A stretch of DNA of 64,000 nucleotides from Antechinus flavipes (Eukaryota), in assembly GCF_016432865.1 (NCBI RefSeq), contig NC_067399.1:58776001-58840000 (forward strand), read 5' to 3'. Both the position numbers and the translations under genes were made by a program. The first letter of the stretch is position 1; every line of letters begins with the position of its first letter. Positions 44,301-58,870 of the stretch are shown here, in pieces. The notes beneath the pieces were generated by a model. It was not told where the DNA came from. It was given only the letters and a program-made list of their open reading frames with translations, and did not search any database.

Positions 44301-47300
44301 ATTTTCATAACCTTAAAGGGTAGAGGCTGTTATTATCCCATTTTCTAGATGAGGTAATTGAGGCTAAAACTAACTATGGTCTCTATCTTTTAAATCAAAC
44401 ACACTTTCTTCCCCTCCCACACTCACATCCTTTGTGACTTCAGTTGAGAGGATTGTAATAGTGTCATGGACAGAGTTAGAAATCTCAGTCCTTTAAAGTG
44501 ATTCTACCTCTGGGCCTCAGTTTCCTCATCTGTAAAACCCAGGGGTTGGATTAGAGATTTCTAAAGCTCTTATCCAGATTGGAAAGACAATGAATGATCT
44601 GTGAGGTAGGAGGAAGGAACCAGAAGAATCTTTCCTCCCCATACTGATCCATCCAACAGTGGGGGCGGCAGGTTTTGGAGCCAGAGATATGGACGTATAC
44701 TCTCCTGCCAGGGGACAAGTGCCAAAGACACCCGGCAAGACCCAGGGGAGAGTCCAGATGTAAATGCCTTGACAATGTAATAACCAGCTGGAAACCTCAA
44801 CCGTGGGAGTCCAGGGGAAAAAGGAAAGGCCAGTTGTCATGGCAATGTGGTTGAGCCTGGGTCACTCAAGGATTGGAGCACAGGAGCTGGAATTGGGTCT
44901 GGAAGAGACATTAGAGGTCATTGATTTCAATCCCCTTATTTTATAGAGAAGGAATAGTTAAGTGATTTTCCCAGAATCTCCAAACTAGAAGTGTCCGAGG
45001 CGGGGTTTGAACCCATCTTTCTTTGACCCCAAGCCCAATGCTCCATCCACATTCACTCTATCAGGCTATGTCTTATCAAGGTGCTTAGACACACTCTCCC
45101 CAAGTTAAGGGCTGGCTATTATTGCCACCATTCCCTCTTCTCTGTCCCCTGCCCCATATCCCCTACTGCAGACAGCAAAGCTAGTTGTAGTAGGAAGGGG
45201 GAGGGACAGGGCAGGCAGCAGATGAGGTCTGAGGGGCATTTTTGGGATAAGGAGCCTTTCCTCTCTTAGCCTTATTTTCTCACGTGTAAGATTGGAGGGG
45301 GCTGATGTGAGTTTGGATGAGCTAGAAGATCTCTGCATTTCCTTCCAGCCCTGATATTCTATGCACCGAGATTGTTTCCTGATCTAAATTCTACAATCCA
45401 ATGATCTTCTTGCCAGGGCCATCGGCCATTCCCGGAATAGGGACCCCTTGAACTTTCCTTCATTAGAAAGTGGGCAAGCTCCATAAAGCATTTTGTTAAT
45501 GGGCACAGGGACTGAACTCTACAACTAGGGGCATGTTTTACTGGACTCCAAACTCCTGAAAGATGGAGTCATTTCACTCAGATGTTCACCTTAACCTAGA
45601 AACAGACCAAATTGCTCCAATCCTGGGAGAAAAATGTCAAGAACATAAGACTAGTTTCCAAAAAGTTAATGGAGTAATTGGTCATTATGAAGCCCAGCTC
45701 AACCTGCAATATCTCTGAAGGATGACAAATGTCCCAAATAATATAAAGGACTAATAGCAATAAAAAGGGGAGAAAAGAAAAAAATGCTAGTGGAGGAAAT
45801 TGACAGAAAGAAGAAACCCAGTGAGCAAAAAAAAAAAGAGCAGACTACAATGAATAAATACCGTGGGATAGAGAGAGGTCTCCACTGGGAAGAACAAGAC
45901 AACCATCCTGACTCTATCTTCCAGATAGAAACAGAATTAAAAAAATAAGGAAAATTCTGTCATTTATAAGACTGGAAATAAGATCATAAGAGGAAAGATT
46001 CAAGAGGCTGATTGTAAGAAATGACAACATAGAAAAGATGTTGGAAAATCTCCATGAAGCAGTAGACTCCTTGAGGATCAGATAGCCTAAGGCAGAAGGA
46101 AAAATAATTCAGAGCTGAAAAAAATTACATTAGCAATAGTGGAGTCTCATGGTCTATCTTTCAGGCGTATGTGTGTGTGAAACAGGAATGATAATGTTTG
46201 AGTTATTACAAAGATAAGCTTTATCTGTGTGTGGAGTGAGGAGGGATTGGGGTGATGGCTGCGTGTTCTTGCAAGGATTAACATGATGCTGTTTTAAAAA
46301 AAATAGCAGGTGATAGAGTGCATTGTGCTGATAAAATTTTTGAGAAAGGAGTATAATGGAGAAAATCCCAAATTTACTTATATGTCAATGAATCTAAATA
46401 GTGCAGGAAGAATGCATTAGAAAATAAAATCCAACATATTTCCATGTCCATGTATTCCCAATTTGTGTTTTCTCACAAAAATGCCTAAAACTTAAAGATT
46501 CAATTAGATTCAGAGGGAAGGGTTAGAATGATCTCTCTTATGTTTCATATGTTAATGTCCCCTCCAAGATCTTGGACACAGTGATCAGCACTTTCATTCC
46601 GCTTAGATATACATATGGTCATAATCTTAATATCACCATCACCCATAACCACTTGACCTTTATCATTCAGAATTCTGAAATTCCTCTGACTGCCAGTCCT
46701 ATCTTATTTATCTTTCCCCCTGCTTATTTCTATTAGTCCTGTACGTTATCTAGTCATTCAGTCTATACTTGGATGCCTCAGCCTATCATTCCCATTCATC
46801 TCTTACAATCTTCTCTTTGAAATCTTGACCCTGGGAGTTTTGTAGCTTAGAGTCCATTCATTCCTTTTGTGTTATTTCACAAATTAATTCATCTCCTCTG
46901 TAATCCTCCATATTATATTTTGAACTGGTAGGTGCCAGTTCAAGCTTTTTTCCTGATCATCTCTCTATTGAACAATATTTGTGCCAAATCACTTCTTGCT
47001 TAAAAGCCCTTTTTCATTCTCACCCCATCCCTCTTGGCAGAAGACCTCACATTGTACATTACTAAGAAAAAAGAAAAAAAAAAACCTCTCTTCTTCATCA
47101 TAATTCTATATCTCAAAACCTCTCAAAATTGTTCCTTATTCTCTCCTTAGCTGCAATTTCTGATGAAAGAATTGGTCCTTCTTGCCAAAGCCAAATCTTC
47201 TACTTATGTCCTTGATCTCATCTGCTGAAAATGGAATTTCTCTTTTCCTCTTTTGCCCATCCCTTTGTCTAATTTCCCTTTTCTGTCAAGAACACAAGCA

Positions 47301-48704
47301 TTCTTCTAATTATTCATACTCACAAATTGGACATCATCTGGATTACTCATTCTTTCTTACTTCCCATAGCTAATCAGTTGTCAGGTACCGTATAAATGTT
47401 TTATGTAGATAAAAGAGCTCTCATATCTATCCCTGTCTTGTCAGTTCCTCCAGAAGAGGGATGGAAAGAGGAAACAAGCATGTATATAGTGCCTACTATT
47501 TATTGGCCAGATACTATATTAAATATTTCACAATGATCATCTCATTTGGTTCTCACAACAACCCTGTGAGGTAAGTGCTATTATTGTACCCATTTTAGAG
47601 TTGAGAAGACTGAGGCAAACAGAGGTAAAGTGACTTGCCTAAGATCACACAGTTAATATATGTCTTAAACTTAGGTCTCCAGCACTCTATTCATCACTCT
47701 CTGTTGTTTTTTTTTTTTTTTTTTTTTTTGGTTTGTTTGTTTTTTGGTCACCTGGTTCTATTGAAACTTCTCTCTCAAAGAACATCAATGACTTCTTAAT
47801 GATTTTTGACATCTCTGTGGCATTTGACATGACTGATAATCTCTCTTCCCTTGGCTTCTTTCCAGTATTTAATTTTTTTTTCTTATAAACTTAACAACTA
47901 CCAGTCAATGAGTATAAACAGAACAGAAAACAGAATTGTATATGAAACTGTGCCCTTCTGATAGGTAGTTTTTGAAAATGCATAGTAAATTAAACATGGT
48001 GGTCCCAAAACTGCCCAGCTTGTTGATATCTTTTTCTGAACTTCCTTCTCTTCTTTTCTATGTATTTTAAGAATATCTCATTGTGTTCTTTATGTTTTTT
48101 CTTTTGCATCATTGTTATCCATCAAATTCCTACTCTCCCCACCAAGTTCACCCAATTGAAGCAACTTTCCCTTATAACAAATAAGGAAAATTCAGTAGGC
48201 ATCCTCTTGATGATTTCCCCCTTGGGGCATGCTCGGTTGGCATTCCATTCAAGCACATAGAAGCTTGGGTTGGATCTACTTTGGAATATGTGTGTATGTG
48301 GAATAGAGCTGGACCCCACCACATATACATCATACCTACTTCAGAGCAGGACATCCATCTTCATTCACTCCCACAGCCTTCTGTTGGTCTGCCATAATGG
48401 CATCAAAGTTTTCACTCATTAGGCTGAGCCAGAATTCTATGGATTTACTAAATAACAGTGCTGACCCCTTAAGCCTCTTCATCCTTGAAGTTGAAAGCTT
48501 AGCCTCTGAACTGTCAGTAGGGTTAGTTATTCATGTATATGGGGAGTGCACTTCTTTTCTATCTGGCTGAAAATTCGGAGCTCAGGTCACCTAGGTGTGC
48601 TTGTGCCAAGCCACATTTTTTATTCCATTCTTTCCTTTGGTGCAGGACCTTGTAAGATCTCCACAGACAGCTGGTGCCTTCTTCCCCTTCTGGGACACTC
48701 TAAA

Positions 48705-48985
48705 CAGCATAGTATGTTTTTTTTAAAAGAATATGTTAAAGTATATGTTAAATATAATATTTGTATAATATTTATACAATTATCTTGTTGCACAAGAAAG
48801 ATCAGATTTAGAAAGAAGGTAAAAATAACCTGAAAAGGAAAAACAAAAACAGCATGGTATGTTTTTAAAAAATATGTTAAAGTATATGTTAAATACAATA
48901 TTGGTATAATATTTACACAGTTATCTTGTTGCACAAGAAAGATTTAGAAAGAAGGTAAAAATAACCTGAGAAGAAAAAACAGAAA
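48705..48985 (-). mobile_element. Tandemly duplicated short L1 3'UTR fragment
   Basis: Two units of 145 and 136 bp; the reverse complement resembles the L1 3'UTR seen at 25430-25530. Confidence 0.7.
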
Positions 48986-50085
48986 CAGCATGGTGTATTT
49001 GATGGAATGGTAGCCACAGCCACAAAGACCAGCCAGAAGTCTGGAAAGAGTTTTCTTGACATTTCTGAAACTGCTCTCATTGAAGTTGAAATATAAAATG
49101 GCTGCCTAGTAGCTCTTGAAAAGGTAGTGTTTATGATCATTCCAATAATACTTGGAAATTTTAGCCTCTCAACTGAATTTTTATCTGTCAGGTAAGTTAT
49201 CGGATACTGTCCTAAAGTCATTCTTTTTAGTTCATTATCTTTATTGTTTAGGATTCCCTTTTTGTGTAAGAATTAAATTACCTATTCTAGACTTGATTAA
49301 TGTTGGGATTCTGGGTACCCTTATATTTTCTCCCTTTTCTTGAGAGAGTCTTTAGACTAGAGTAGAAAATAATCATCAGGGATGAGGGTGGAATTAAAGT
49401 CATGGGGAAACTAGTGTTCTTTTTGAGAAGATAACTTTATGACAGTGAACTCGGGGCAGACTTTAAGGGTAGATAAAGGATGGGGATTGGCCAAGGTAGC
49501 AGCCCCTTTGATTTCAGCTTGGCAATACCCACTCAGTCACCTTTATAAACAAGCAAAATTAATCAAAACATTGGTTATATCCAAAAATGAATATCTCATT
49601 GTGTACCTTTAGCTCAAGAGGATTATGTTTCATTATCAGTTTGCTGAAATCTTCAAGATTTCATCAGTATTGATACTCTGTTTTTCATCTATACCCTCAG
49701 GACTCATTGTCCCTCTAACTAGTAGGGGGAGGGAAGAGCTTCTCCCAAAGCCTCCATTTAAGGAAAATGCTCTAAGCAAGCATTTCTCCCTTTCTCACAA
49801 ATTTCATTGCTTTGAACTTCTCCATAATTTTACTTCCCCCATTCTCTCAAGTTCTGTCTTCTATTCCTGTATCCTTTTCAGTTTCCTGTAGTATGTTGTC
49901 TTCTCCCAGTAGATTGTAAGACCCTTAGGGATAGGGACTATTTCATATTTGTATCCCTATACCCTTAATACATTGCCTGACACAGAGTAGAAGCTTAATA
50001 AGTGCTTAATGATTGACTTCTAAAGTCATAACTGATCACTGGGATGATCAGAGAGCTGAAGTCCTTTAGTTATTCTCCTTTACGT

Positions 50086-50570
50086 TGTTAGGAGCCTAGA
50101 ATAAATTGTTTTCTGAAGTTGAGTCTGAGTGCAAGTAGCTGAAGTGAAGGTCTCTCATAGCCATAAAGTAGATCAAGCCTATAAGCTTAAGTTTTGGTTT
50201 TTCATAACTGTGGATTGGAGTAGATCAAGCCTATAGGCCTAAGTTTTGGTTTCTTGAAAATCATGTGGTTGGGGAGGGAAAGAAAGATTTATAACCTGTC
50301 AACATTCCAGTTCCTAATCAAGGAACACAATCTATATAGCCAATCACAATGTATATGAGGGATACTGAGGATGGGTCTGGGTTTTTTCTTGGGGTATTCT
50401 GTATAAAAGTTGCAAGTGGGCACTGAGGGGCAGCTCTCTTCTGGCTCCAGACACATCCCTTTTGCTCAGAGTCTGGATGACCGCCTGGCCCTCACGAGGT
50501 TCTAATAAAGCTTTTGTTCTATACCTTGAGACACCCCTGAGAGTTTAATTTTGGATAAAATTGTCCCACA
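50086..50570 (+). mobile_element. Solo ERV LTR
   Basis: TGTTAGG...CCCACA termini, CCAAT 50340, TATAAAA 50402, AATAAA 50504, 34-bp direct repeat in U3; TSD weak. Confidence 0.7.
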
Positions 50571-51725
50571 CAAGTCCTTATCAGTTCATAATCTTCCCAG
50601 ATTTCTCTGAATTCAACATATTTGTGTTTTTTATAATACAACAATATACATGCAGTATAGTTTGTTCAATCATTCCCCATTTGTGGGCATCCACTTTATT
50701 TTCAGTTCTTGGCTACAGCAAAAAAAAAAGTATTGTTGTAAATATTTTTTGTAGCTTTTCCACATCTTTCATCTCTTTGGATCAAAGAGCATACACAGCT
50801 AAGTGATTTTAAGGATAAATAATCCCAGAATGATTTCCAGAATGGTTGGACCAATCAAGAAAACCACCAATAGCACATTACTGTGCCCATCCTCCCACAG
50901 GTCCTCCTACAATGGCTATTTCCTCATATCATCTGTGAATATTTTCATGGGTAGGAAGTAGAACTTAAGCATTGTTTTAATTTGTGTTTCTTTTTCTCTT
51001 GGCTTCAGAGACATCCCATTTTCTTGGCTCTCAATCTCGCCTTTGTTTCTTCATCTTCTTCCTTCCGTTGCAAGGTGGGTTTTCCCCAAGGTTCTGTTCT
51101 TGGCTCTCTTATCTTCTCTTTTGGCAGTCATTGCCTGGGAAATCTCATTCATTCCCATGACTTCAACTATCTGTGCAATGTCTCCACAGATAATGCCCAG
51201 ATTTTTATCTCCAGGCTTTATTTCTTTCTTAAGCTTCACATTTAGATCTTAGAATATTAACAAATTTCCACTTGTATCCTGATGATACCTCAATTACAGT
51301 ATGTCCAAAATCAAGCTTAATCAACTTTCTGCCAAAATCTGCTTTCCCTTCTGATGTCAATATTTTTGTCAGTGGTATAACCAGATCATTTCACTATCAT
51401 GGTTGAAATATTGGTGTTCATTACTGCTTGAACAATACTTATAAAATACTGCATATGCATGGCCTTTGATAGCACTGGGATAAAAATTTTTTAAAAAAAG
51501 ACATCTTTCCTGTCTTCAAGGAACTTATATTTGACCAAAAAAGTGATATTTAAGTATTTTCTATTCTTCTCTCTTAACCCCCTTAATTGTGATACTCCTG
51601 TCTTTAATCTTTTGCAGTCCCGATTAGTGAGTGTGAAAAGTCACAAGTCCACTCTATCTAGAAAGCTTCAGCCATCTTTCACCTTCTGTCCAAGTTATCT
51701 TCTTACCATCTGCTCACCCTCCCCA

Positions 51726-53345
51726 GAATTAATGGAAAAAATGCAAATAAAGGTGACCCAGCTGTGCCAGACCTAAAACTATATTATAAACCAGCGGTCA
51801 TCAAAGCCATTTGTTACTGGCTAAGAAATAAAGTAGTTGATCAGTCTAATAAGTTAGCTTCAAAGACATAGTAGTCAGTGACTATAGTAATCTGGTATTT
51901 GATAAGCCCAAAGACTCCAGCTTCTGGAATAAGAATCTATTATTTGGCAAAAATTGCTGGAAAAATTGGAAAATAGATGTCACTGACCAACACCAAACAC
52001 CAAGATAAAGTTGAAATGGGTTCATGAAGAGTGACACTATAAGAAAATTGGGAGAACAAAGAATAATCAACCTCTCAGATCTGTGGAGAAGGAAAGAATC
52101 TATGGCCAAAGAACTAGAAAACAATACAAAATGGAAAATGGATCATTTTGATCATATTGAATTAAAAAGATTTTGCACAAACAAAATTAATGTGGCTAAG
52201 ATTAGAAGGGAAACAGAAAATTGGGGGAAAATTTTACATCTATAAATTCTGATAAATGCTTCATTTCTAAAATACATAAAGAACTGACTCAAATTTATAA
52301 GAATACAAGCCACTTTTCAAATGATAAATCTTCAAAGACCATGAACAAACAATTTTCAGATGAAGACATTAAAACCAATTTTTGTCATATGAAAAAATGT
52401 TCTACATCACTTTTGATCAGAGAAATGCAAATTAAAATGCCACTGCACTACCTCTCAGATTGGTAAAGATGACAGGAAAAGATAATAATAAAATGTTGGC
52501 AGGAATGTGGGGAGACTATATTGTTGGTGGAGTTGTGAACTGATCCAACCATTCTAGAGAGCAATTTGGAATTATGGTCAAAGAGCTCTCAAACTATGCT
52601 TTTCCTTTGATCCAGCAGTGTTTCTGTTGGGTCTGTATCCCAAAGAGATCTTAAAGGACCCACATGTGCAAAAATGTTTGTAGCAGCCCTTTTTGTAAAA
52701 GACAAGAAACTGGAAACTGCCCATCAATTGGGGAATGGCTAAATAAATTATGGCATATGAAAATTATGGAAAATTATTGTTCTATCAGAAGTGATCAGCA
52801 GGATGATTTCAGAAAGGCCTGGAGAGACTTACGTGAACTGATACTAAATAAAATAAGTAGAACCAAGAGAACATTGTACATAGTGGCAGCAAGATTATGC
52901 AATAATCAACTGTGATGGACTTGGCTCTTTTTAACAATGAGATGATTCAGACCAGTCCCAATGGTCTTGTGATGGAGAGAGCCATCTGCATCCAGAAAGA
53001 GGACTATGGGAACTGAATGTGGATCACAACATAGTATTTTCACCTTTTTTGTTGTTGTTTGCTTGCTTTTTGTTTTCTTTCTCATTTTTTTCCTTTTTTG
53101 ATCTGACTTTTCTTGTGTAGCATGATAAATGTGGAAATATGTACAGAAGAATTGCACATATTTAACATATATTGAATTACTTGCTGTCTACAGGAAAAGG
53201 TAGGAAGAAGGGAGGAAGAAAAAAATTGGAACACAAAGTTTTGCAAGGTGAATGTTCAAAACTATCTTTGCATATAGTTTGAAAATAAAAAAGCTATTAT
53301 TTTAAAAAGATAAACAGGAAAGAAAATAAAATTTTAAAAAAGAAT
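51726..53345 (+). mobile_element. 5'-truncated L1 (ORF2 C-terminal part + 3'UTR)
   Basis: ORF2 remnants (DHIELKRFCTNK, IGEWLNKLWHM), A-rich tail, 10-bp TSD accctcccca. Confidence 0.9.
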
Positions 53346-56300
53346 ACCCTCCCCATTTCACTTCTGACTCTGGAAGCATAATCACATCAATATTTTTATT
53401 ACTATAATAACCTTGATAATTAACGACCCTATGACTCTATTCCCAATCCACTTTCCAAATGAATCAAATGCACCCAACAATATTTGTTTCCTAGAACACT
53501 GGATGGAAGTTGAGAAGAAGTAAATTTTGGCTCTTTATAAGGGATAATTCCCACCAATTGGAGGGTAGGAATCCAAAGTGGAAACAACCAGAGCAATGGT
53601 GGATGTTTTCATTAATTGATTCAATTAATCAAGTAGGTAATGATACCATTTAGGGTCATGTGAAAGTAGAGATTTTCACTCAGTACATGGAAAACTCTAT
53701 GACTATGAGATCCTTCTGATTCTGAAATTCTGGGATTCCATAAGAGAATCAAACCAAGTAGGGAAAACATGTTATTAAAATTGTACTTTAATTCTTTTCT
53801 GTGAAATAGAGATTGACTTACCTATAGATTGTCCATGCCTTCTTTCATTCAACAAACATTTATTAAACACCTATTTAGTAAGGACATTGTAGCCCATATA
53901 CTGTAGCTTTCTGCAGTGAAGAGTTTCTAAAATCCTCATGAGGGTAATAATAATAATAACTAGTATTTATATGGTACTTTAAGTTTAGCAAAATATATTA
54001 CAAATATTATTTCATTTAATCTTTACAATCACTCTGGGGTATAAGCACTGTTATTATCCCCATTTTCCTACAGACAAAACTGAGACAAACAGGTCATGTG
54101 ACTTGCCCAGGGATTTATACTTGGTATCTGAGGCTAGTTTTAAACTCATGACTTCCTGACACAAGGTTAGTGCTCTATTCTCTGTGCCATTTAGTTATTT
54201 CCTGTAATATGCTACTATGAAGAAATATTGGAGAATGGTTGCATTATATAAATTGTAGTTAATAGATGACTATAATTTCTTCACTTGTGGCAGGATAATG
54301 CCCAAATCTCAAAAGCAGTGGCAGTTACAAGTAGCCCCCAGAAGACTACTTATTTCCTGATATGTTCTGGTGAAATAATGAATCCATAAATTGGTAATAT
54401 TTTCACCAAAGTCAACAGTTCCCCTTTCCCTATATAATATGATTATCAAGCTTAGGATTCTTTCCTTGAGGGGAATAGAGAGGGAAATCCCCAAGTACTG
54501 TGTCTCTGGATCAGTTTCCAGATTTAGCTCAGGTAAAAGGTATGTGCCCCAACACTATCATTCCCATGGCCTTCAGAAAAGACCATGGTCTGTCCCAGGG
54601 ATGGTAAGTTGCATCCCCATGACCAACCAAATGACCTTTCCTTACCTAGTGATTGATGATGGAGGTAGGTGTTAGGTAGAAAAGAACAGGGGCTTGTTGG
54701 TGCTGCCCCTCCCCATAAATGCCTGAGTTTGTCCTGGATCTCGTCAGAAGGGACAACAATAAAAATTAAAAAATAATAACTTGGCCCTATTTGTCTGTAT
54801 CATAAAGTCCTGCTTTAGGCTGGCCCCAAAAGGTAAGGGGTGAGTTGCCCAGGTGGCAGAGAAAGGGAAAAATAATCTTTCTCAGGATCATAGGATTTAG
54901 AGTTGCAAAGGACTTTAGAAATCACCCAGTTGAATTTACAGATAAAGAATCTCGTAGGTGCTTAAAGTATATTCAATTATGGAACCCATGGCCAAAGCCC
55001 CAAATTCTGGGTTGACATGGGGTTGGGGTGGGAAGAAGTTTCTAATAAATCACACCTTGGCTCCTGCTTCCATCCAGGAACACCCCTCAGAACATTAGAA
55101 TTCATTTTCAAGTGCGCCACAGAGATGGTAGAAATGGTCCTCAGCTCTTGCAAAAATACTTACAAAAATATATGTCAGATATACCGAGTCTTTATTTTAT
55201 ATACAAAATGTACGTAGGACTTGATGGAACCTGTAATCAGTCAAGACAACTCTTGTACTCTCTTTAGTTAGTCCCACCTTTCTCCTCACTTCAGGGACTT
55301 ATGTCTTCTGACTACTCTGTGGTTGACACTTCTCTAGAAAGGAAATAAACTTGAAGTCAGTAGAAATGTGACCTGTATTCATCCTACAAACTTCATTCTT
55401 TCCTAAAGACCTATACAAGCTTCCAGAATTATATAATGCTGTAATAGATCTAAGGAAATCTTAAAAGGGAGTTTTGCATGCAGTTACTAGAATCATATAA
55501 TTCTCTAGATTTATTGTAATATCCTAAGGTTTTCAAATTCCCCTAAAAGAGAATATCAACTTTTCTAAGTGGATTTGCACAGTTGATCTAAGTCATAATC
55601 ACTGGGGATAGCAAGATCTGAGCTTGCTTCTCTATATTGTGGTCCTGTCCCTTGTTACTCCTCCCATTCCAGAGCCATGTGCTATTCACTCCTCTTCAGA
55701 AATCTGGGTTCAGGCACTTGTAGCCTGCATTCACTACTGTCCTTGGCTGATGGCAAATGGCTCTCCTACCGCCACATGGGTTTCCCCTCTGAGAGCTCTT
55801 GTGGTTCTGCCCCTGCCTCTCCATGTCTACCATTTTTGTAGCTCATTGGGATCCCTGGAGTGGGGGCAAGAGGGTGCATAAATAAGCAGGGAGCCACCCA
55901 GTGATTCAATTTCATTCTTTAGTCTCTGAGACCTGAGTTCAGCTCTTTTGGACCACTGGTTGGCTAGCCTTGACTCATGTCAAAGAAGTTTTAATGAATC
56001 AATAATTATCAAAATCAAAGATACTTTCATCAAGGAGGTGCTATCTTCTTAATGTGTGTTAATGCAACTATCTATATTTTCCACAGAGATTCATATTCAA
56101 AGGCAAAACAAAGGTTGAGGTCTTTAGCCTATCATATCCCTTGCATTGAATTGAATTGAGACCTCTCAGAAAAGTTGATCAGTTGATCAGTCAGTTAACA
56201 AGTATTTTCATTATTTTTAAGTTAAATTTTATTTTTAATAAATAAAATTTTATTTTTTCTTCTCTTCCACTTCCTCTCACTGAAAAAGAAAAAGAACAAC

Positions 56301-58569
56301 AAATCTCTTGTAACAATTATGCATACTCAAGCAAAACTAATTCCCATATTGGACACATCAAAAGAGATACATCTCCTTGTGAACCCTGAGACCACCACCT
56401 CTGACAGGAAGTGGGGAATATGCTTCATCAGGAGTCCTCTGGAATCCTGATTTGTTGTTACTAAATATTTCCAAGTTGTTTGTCTTGACTACATTGTTAT
56501 AATTTTATTTATTATTTGTTCTCCTTCTTCTGCTGAAGAATATTACAACACATTTATTTATGATCATCTCCCAATTGATAGGAACCCTTATTTCTAATTT
56601 TTGACCACCACTAAAAGAACTTCTATAAATATTTCTGTACATGCACATAGGTTATTTTCCTCTTCTTTGTGGCCTCAGATACTTAGTAGTACTTAATCCC
56701 TCTGTACCTCAGTTTTCTCATCTGTAAAAAGGGAAAATAATAATAATAGCAGCTGGTTCCTAGGGTTGGTGTGAGGTGAGATAATATTTAAAAGCACTTT
56801 ATAAACTTTAAAGTGCTTTATAGATTCTAGTTCATATTATTGTTATTTTTCTTAGCCTAGTCATATTTCTAAGGTAGAATTACATAGAGTTTTGAACAAG
56901 CATTTAGTAAGTGCCTAAGTTCACACAGATACTAAATAGCAGAGGTCCAAATCCAAACTTCAAATTCAATTCCCCCTGTACACATTGGTGTCCCGATGAC
57001 AAAATCTTGAAATTTTTGCCATGGCAATAGTAAGGCAATCCTAAATGGGTATGTGGGCATGAGATCCTGTCCTATGTGAATTGCCATTCAGAGTGCCAGA
57101 CTGGCAAATAGGGAAGATTCTATATCTTATGGCTTAAGAGGTAACAGATAGAAAACACTTTCCTTACGTATCAGTTTCAACACTTATCCTCCAGTCTTAT
57201 AGAGGCTTTATTCAGTGGGGACCTCTGTTGTCCTTCAAGAATCTCCTTCTAAATGATACTAGAAAATCTTAAGCCCTTACTACCCCAAATAGTATATTAT
57301 ATAGTATATGACAAATGATTAGGGTAGGAGGATGGGAAGGAAAAAAAAGAGATTTTGATGGAGGAATATGGAGGAAGGATTACACCCACCAATTTTTGTC
57401 ATTCAGTTCCTTCAGTTGCATCCCACTCCTTGTGACCTTATCTGGGCTTTTCTTGGCAAAAATACTAAAATGTTTACTGTTTCCTTCTCCAGCTCATTTT
57501 ACAGATGAGGAAACTGAGGCAAATATGCTTAAGTGATGTGCTCAGGGTCTCACAACTAATAAGTGTCCTAACCCAGATTAAATCAGGAAGAAGAATTTTC
57601 CTGACTCTAGACCTGGCTCTCTATCTGCCCATCCACCACCTTTATTCCTAGTACCAACTTTACCAAGTTCACAACTTTGTTGAGATTCTGAACTTAGAAG
57701 GGTTTGGCTCTGTACCTGAGGATTTTAGATCCTAGCAACCATGAAGCTATGTGAATCCCATAGACTTATCCAGGCAACATCTGGGATCATGGGATTTAGA
57801 ACTGAAAGAAATGGAAATATTACCAGTCTAATCTTCTCATTTTGCAAAAAAAAAAAAAAAAAGGAAACTGAGACCACACAGGTTTCGTGTCCTAGCTAGT
57901 GAATGTCCAAGTCAAGATATGATGCAAATACTTGGAGGTATTTTTTCTCATACAGTACATCACTTCTCCCACTCTACAGCAGAATGCTAAACTCCTTGAT
58001 CATCTAGCTCTCTTGTAGAGTTCAAGTCTACCGATCTGCTTTTTCTAATGCTCCTCTCTGGATCCTGGCACTGGGTTTCAGACCTGACCTCAGCTCAATG
58101 AAAATCCATTGGGCCACACCCAGCCCTGAGAAGTGACTAAGAGCCCTTTTCCCAGAATCTGCACCCTACCTCCTATCTCTAACTTGAGACCCTAATTCCC
58201 CCTTTTGGAAACAGGATTTAAGACTTAATCATGTTTTTGTTACAGCCCAGTGAATCCACAAGATTGGACACACCTGGATGCCAAGACTTCTCTGGTGACA
58301 GGTAGGTCAGACCATGGTCACATCTATCCTGTGCAAATCTTAGAGGAAATAATGATTTAGGGCTACAAGCCCATTGCCATGTTTCAAGAATAATAATGAC
58401 AGGCTACATACAGTACATACAGAAAGGAATGACCAGGATGGGTACAGAAACTCAAGACCACACTGTCCAAAGATTAATTGAGAGAATCAGCACAGAGGAG
58501 AATATTTAGGAGTCTGGGGTCATGTGTGAGGATGGACTCTGCCAAGGTGAATGCATATAGAGAACAGTC

Positions 58570-58870
58570 CCCAGGATTGAGTGGGGATTGGAGACTATCC
58601 CTCTAGAGAGTCAGTAGGATAATTGGAAATGTTTAGCTTGGAGAAGAAAGCTTGGGAGAGGGGAGATACTAATTGCTCTCTTTAAATATTTGAAAGGCTG
58701 CATTTTTATAAGAAGGATTAGGCTTGTTCGGTTTTGCCCCAGAAAGCAGAAGTAGGAATCGTGGTTAGAAGTTGCAGAGAAGCAGGTTTTAGCACTTGGC
58801 ACATGTGAGGAGAAATTTCCTAAGGATCACAGCTGTCTAAAAATGAAATTGGCCACTTTGGAAGGTCAGT
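58570..58870 (+). mobile_element. CR1/L3 LINE fragment
   Basis: atgtttagcttggagaag...gagat..aattgctctctttaaatatttgaaagg resembles the CR1 motif MFSLEKRRLRGD.IA.FKYLKG. Confidence 0.6.

Noticed and set aside
45700-46500. Possible second HAL1-like copy
   Set aside because: Coiled-coil-like words are followed by sequence resembling the start of an L1 endonuclease, so it is more likely a decayed ordinary L1; boundaries unclear
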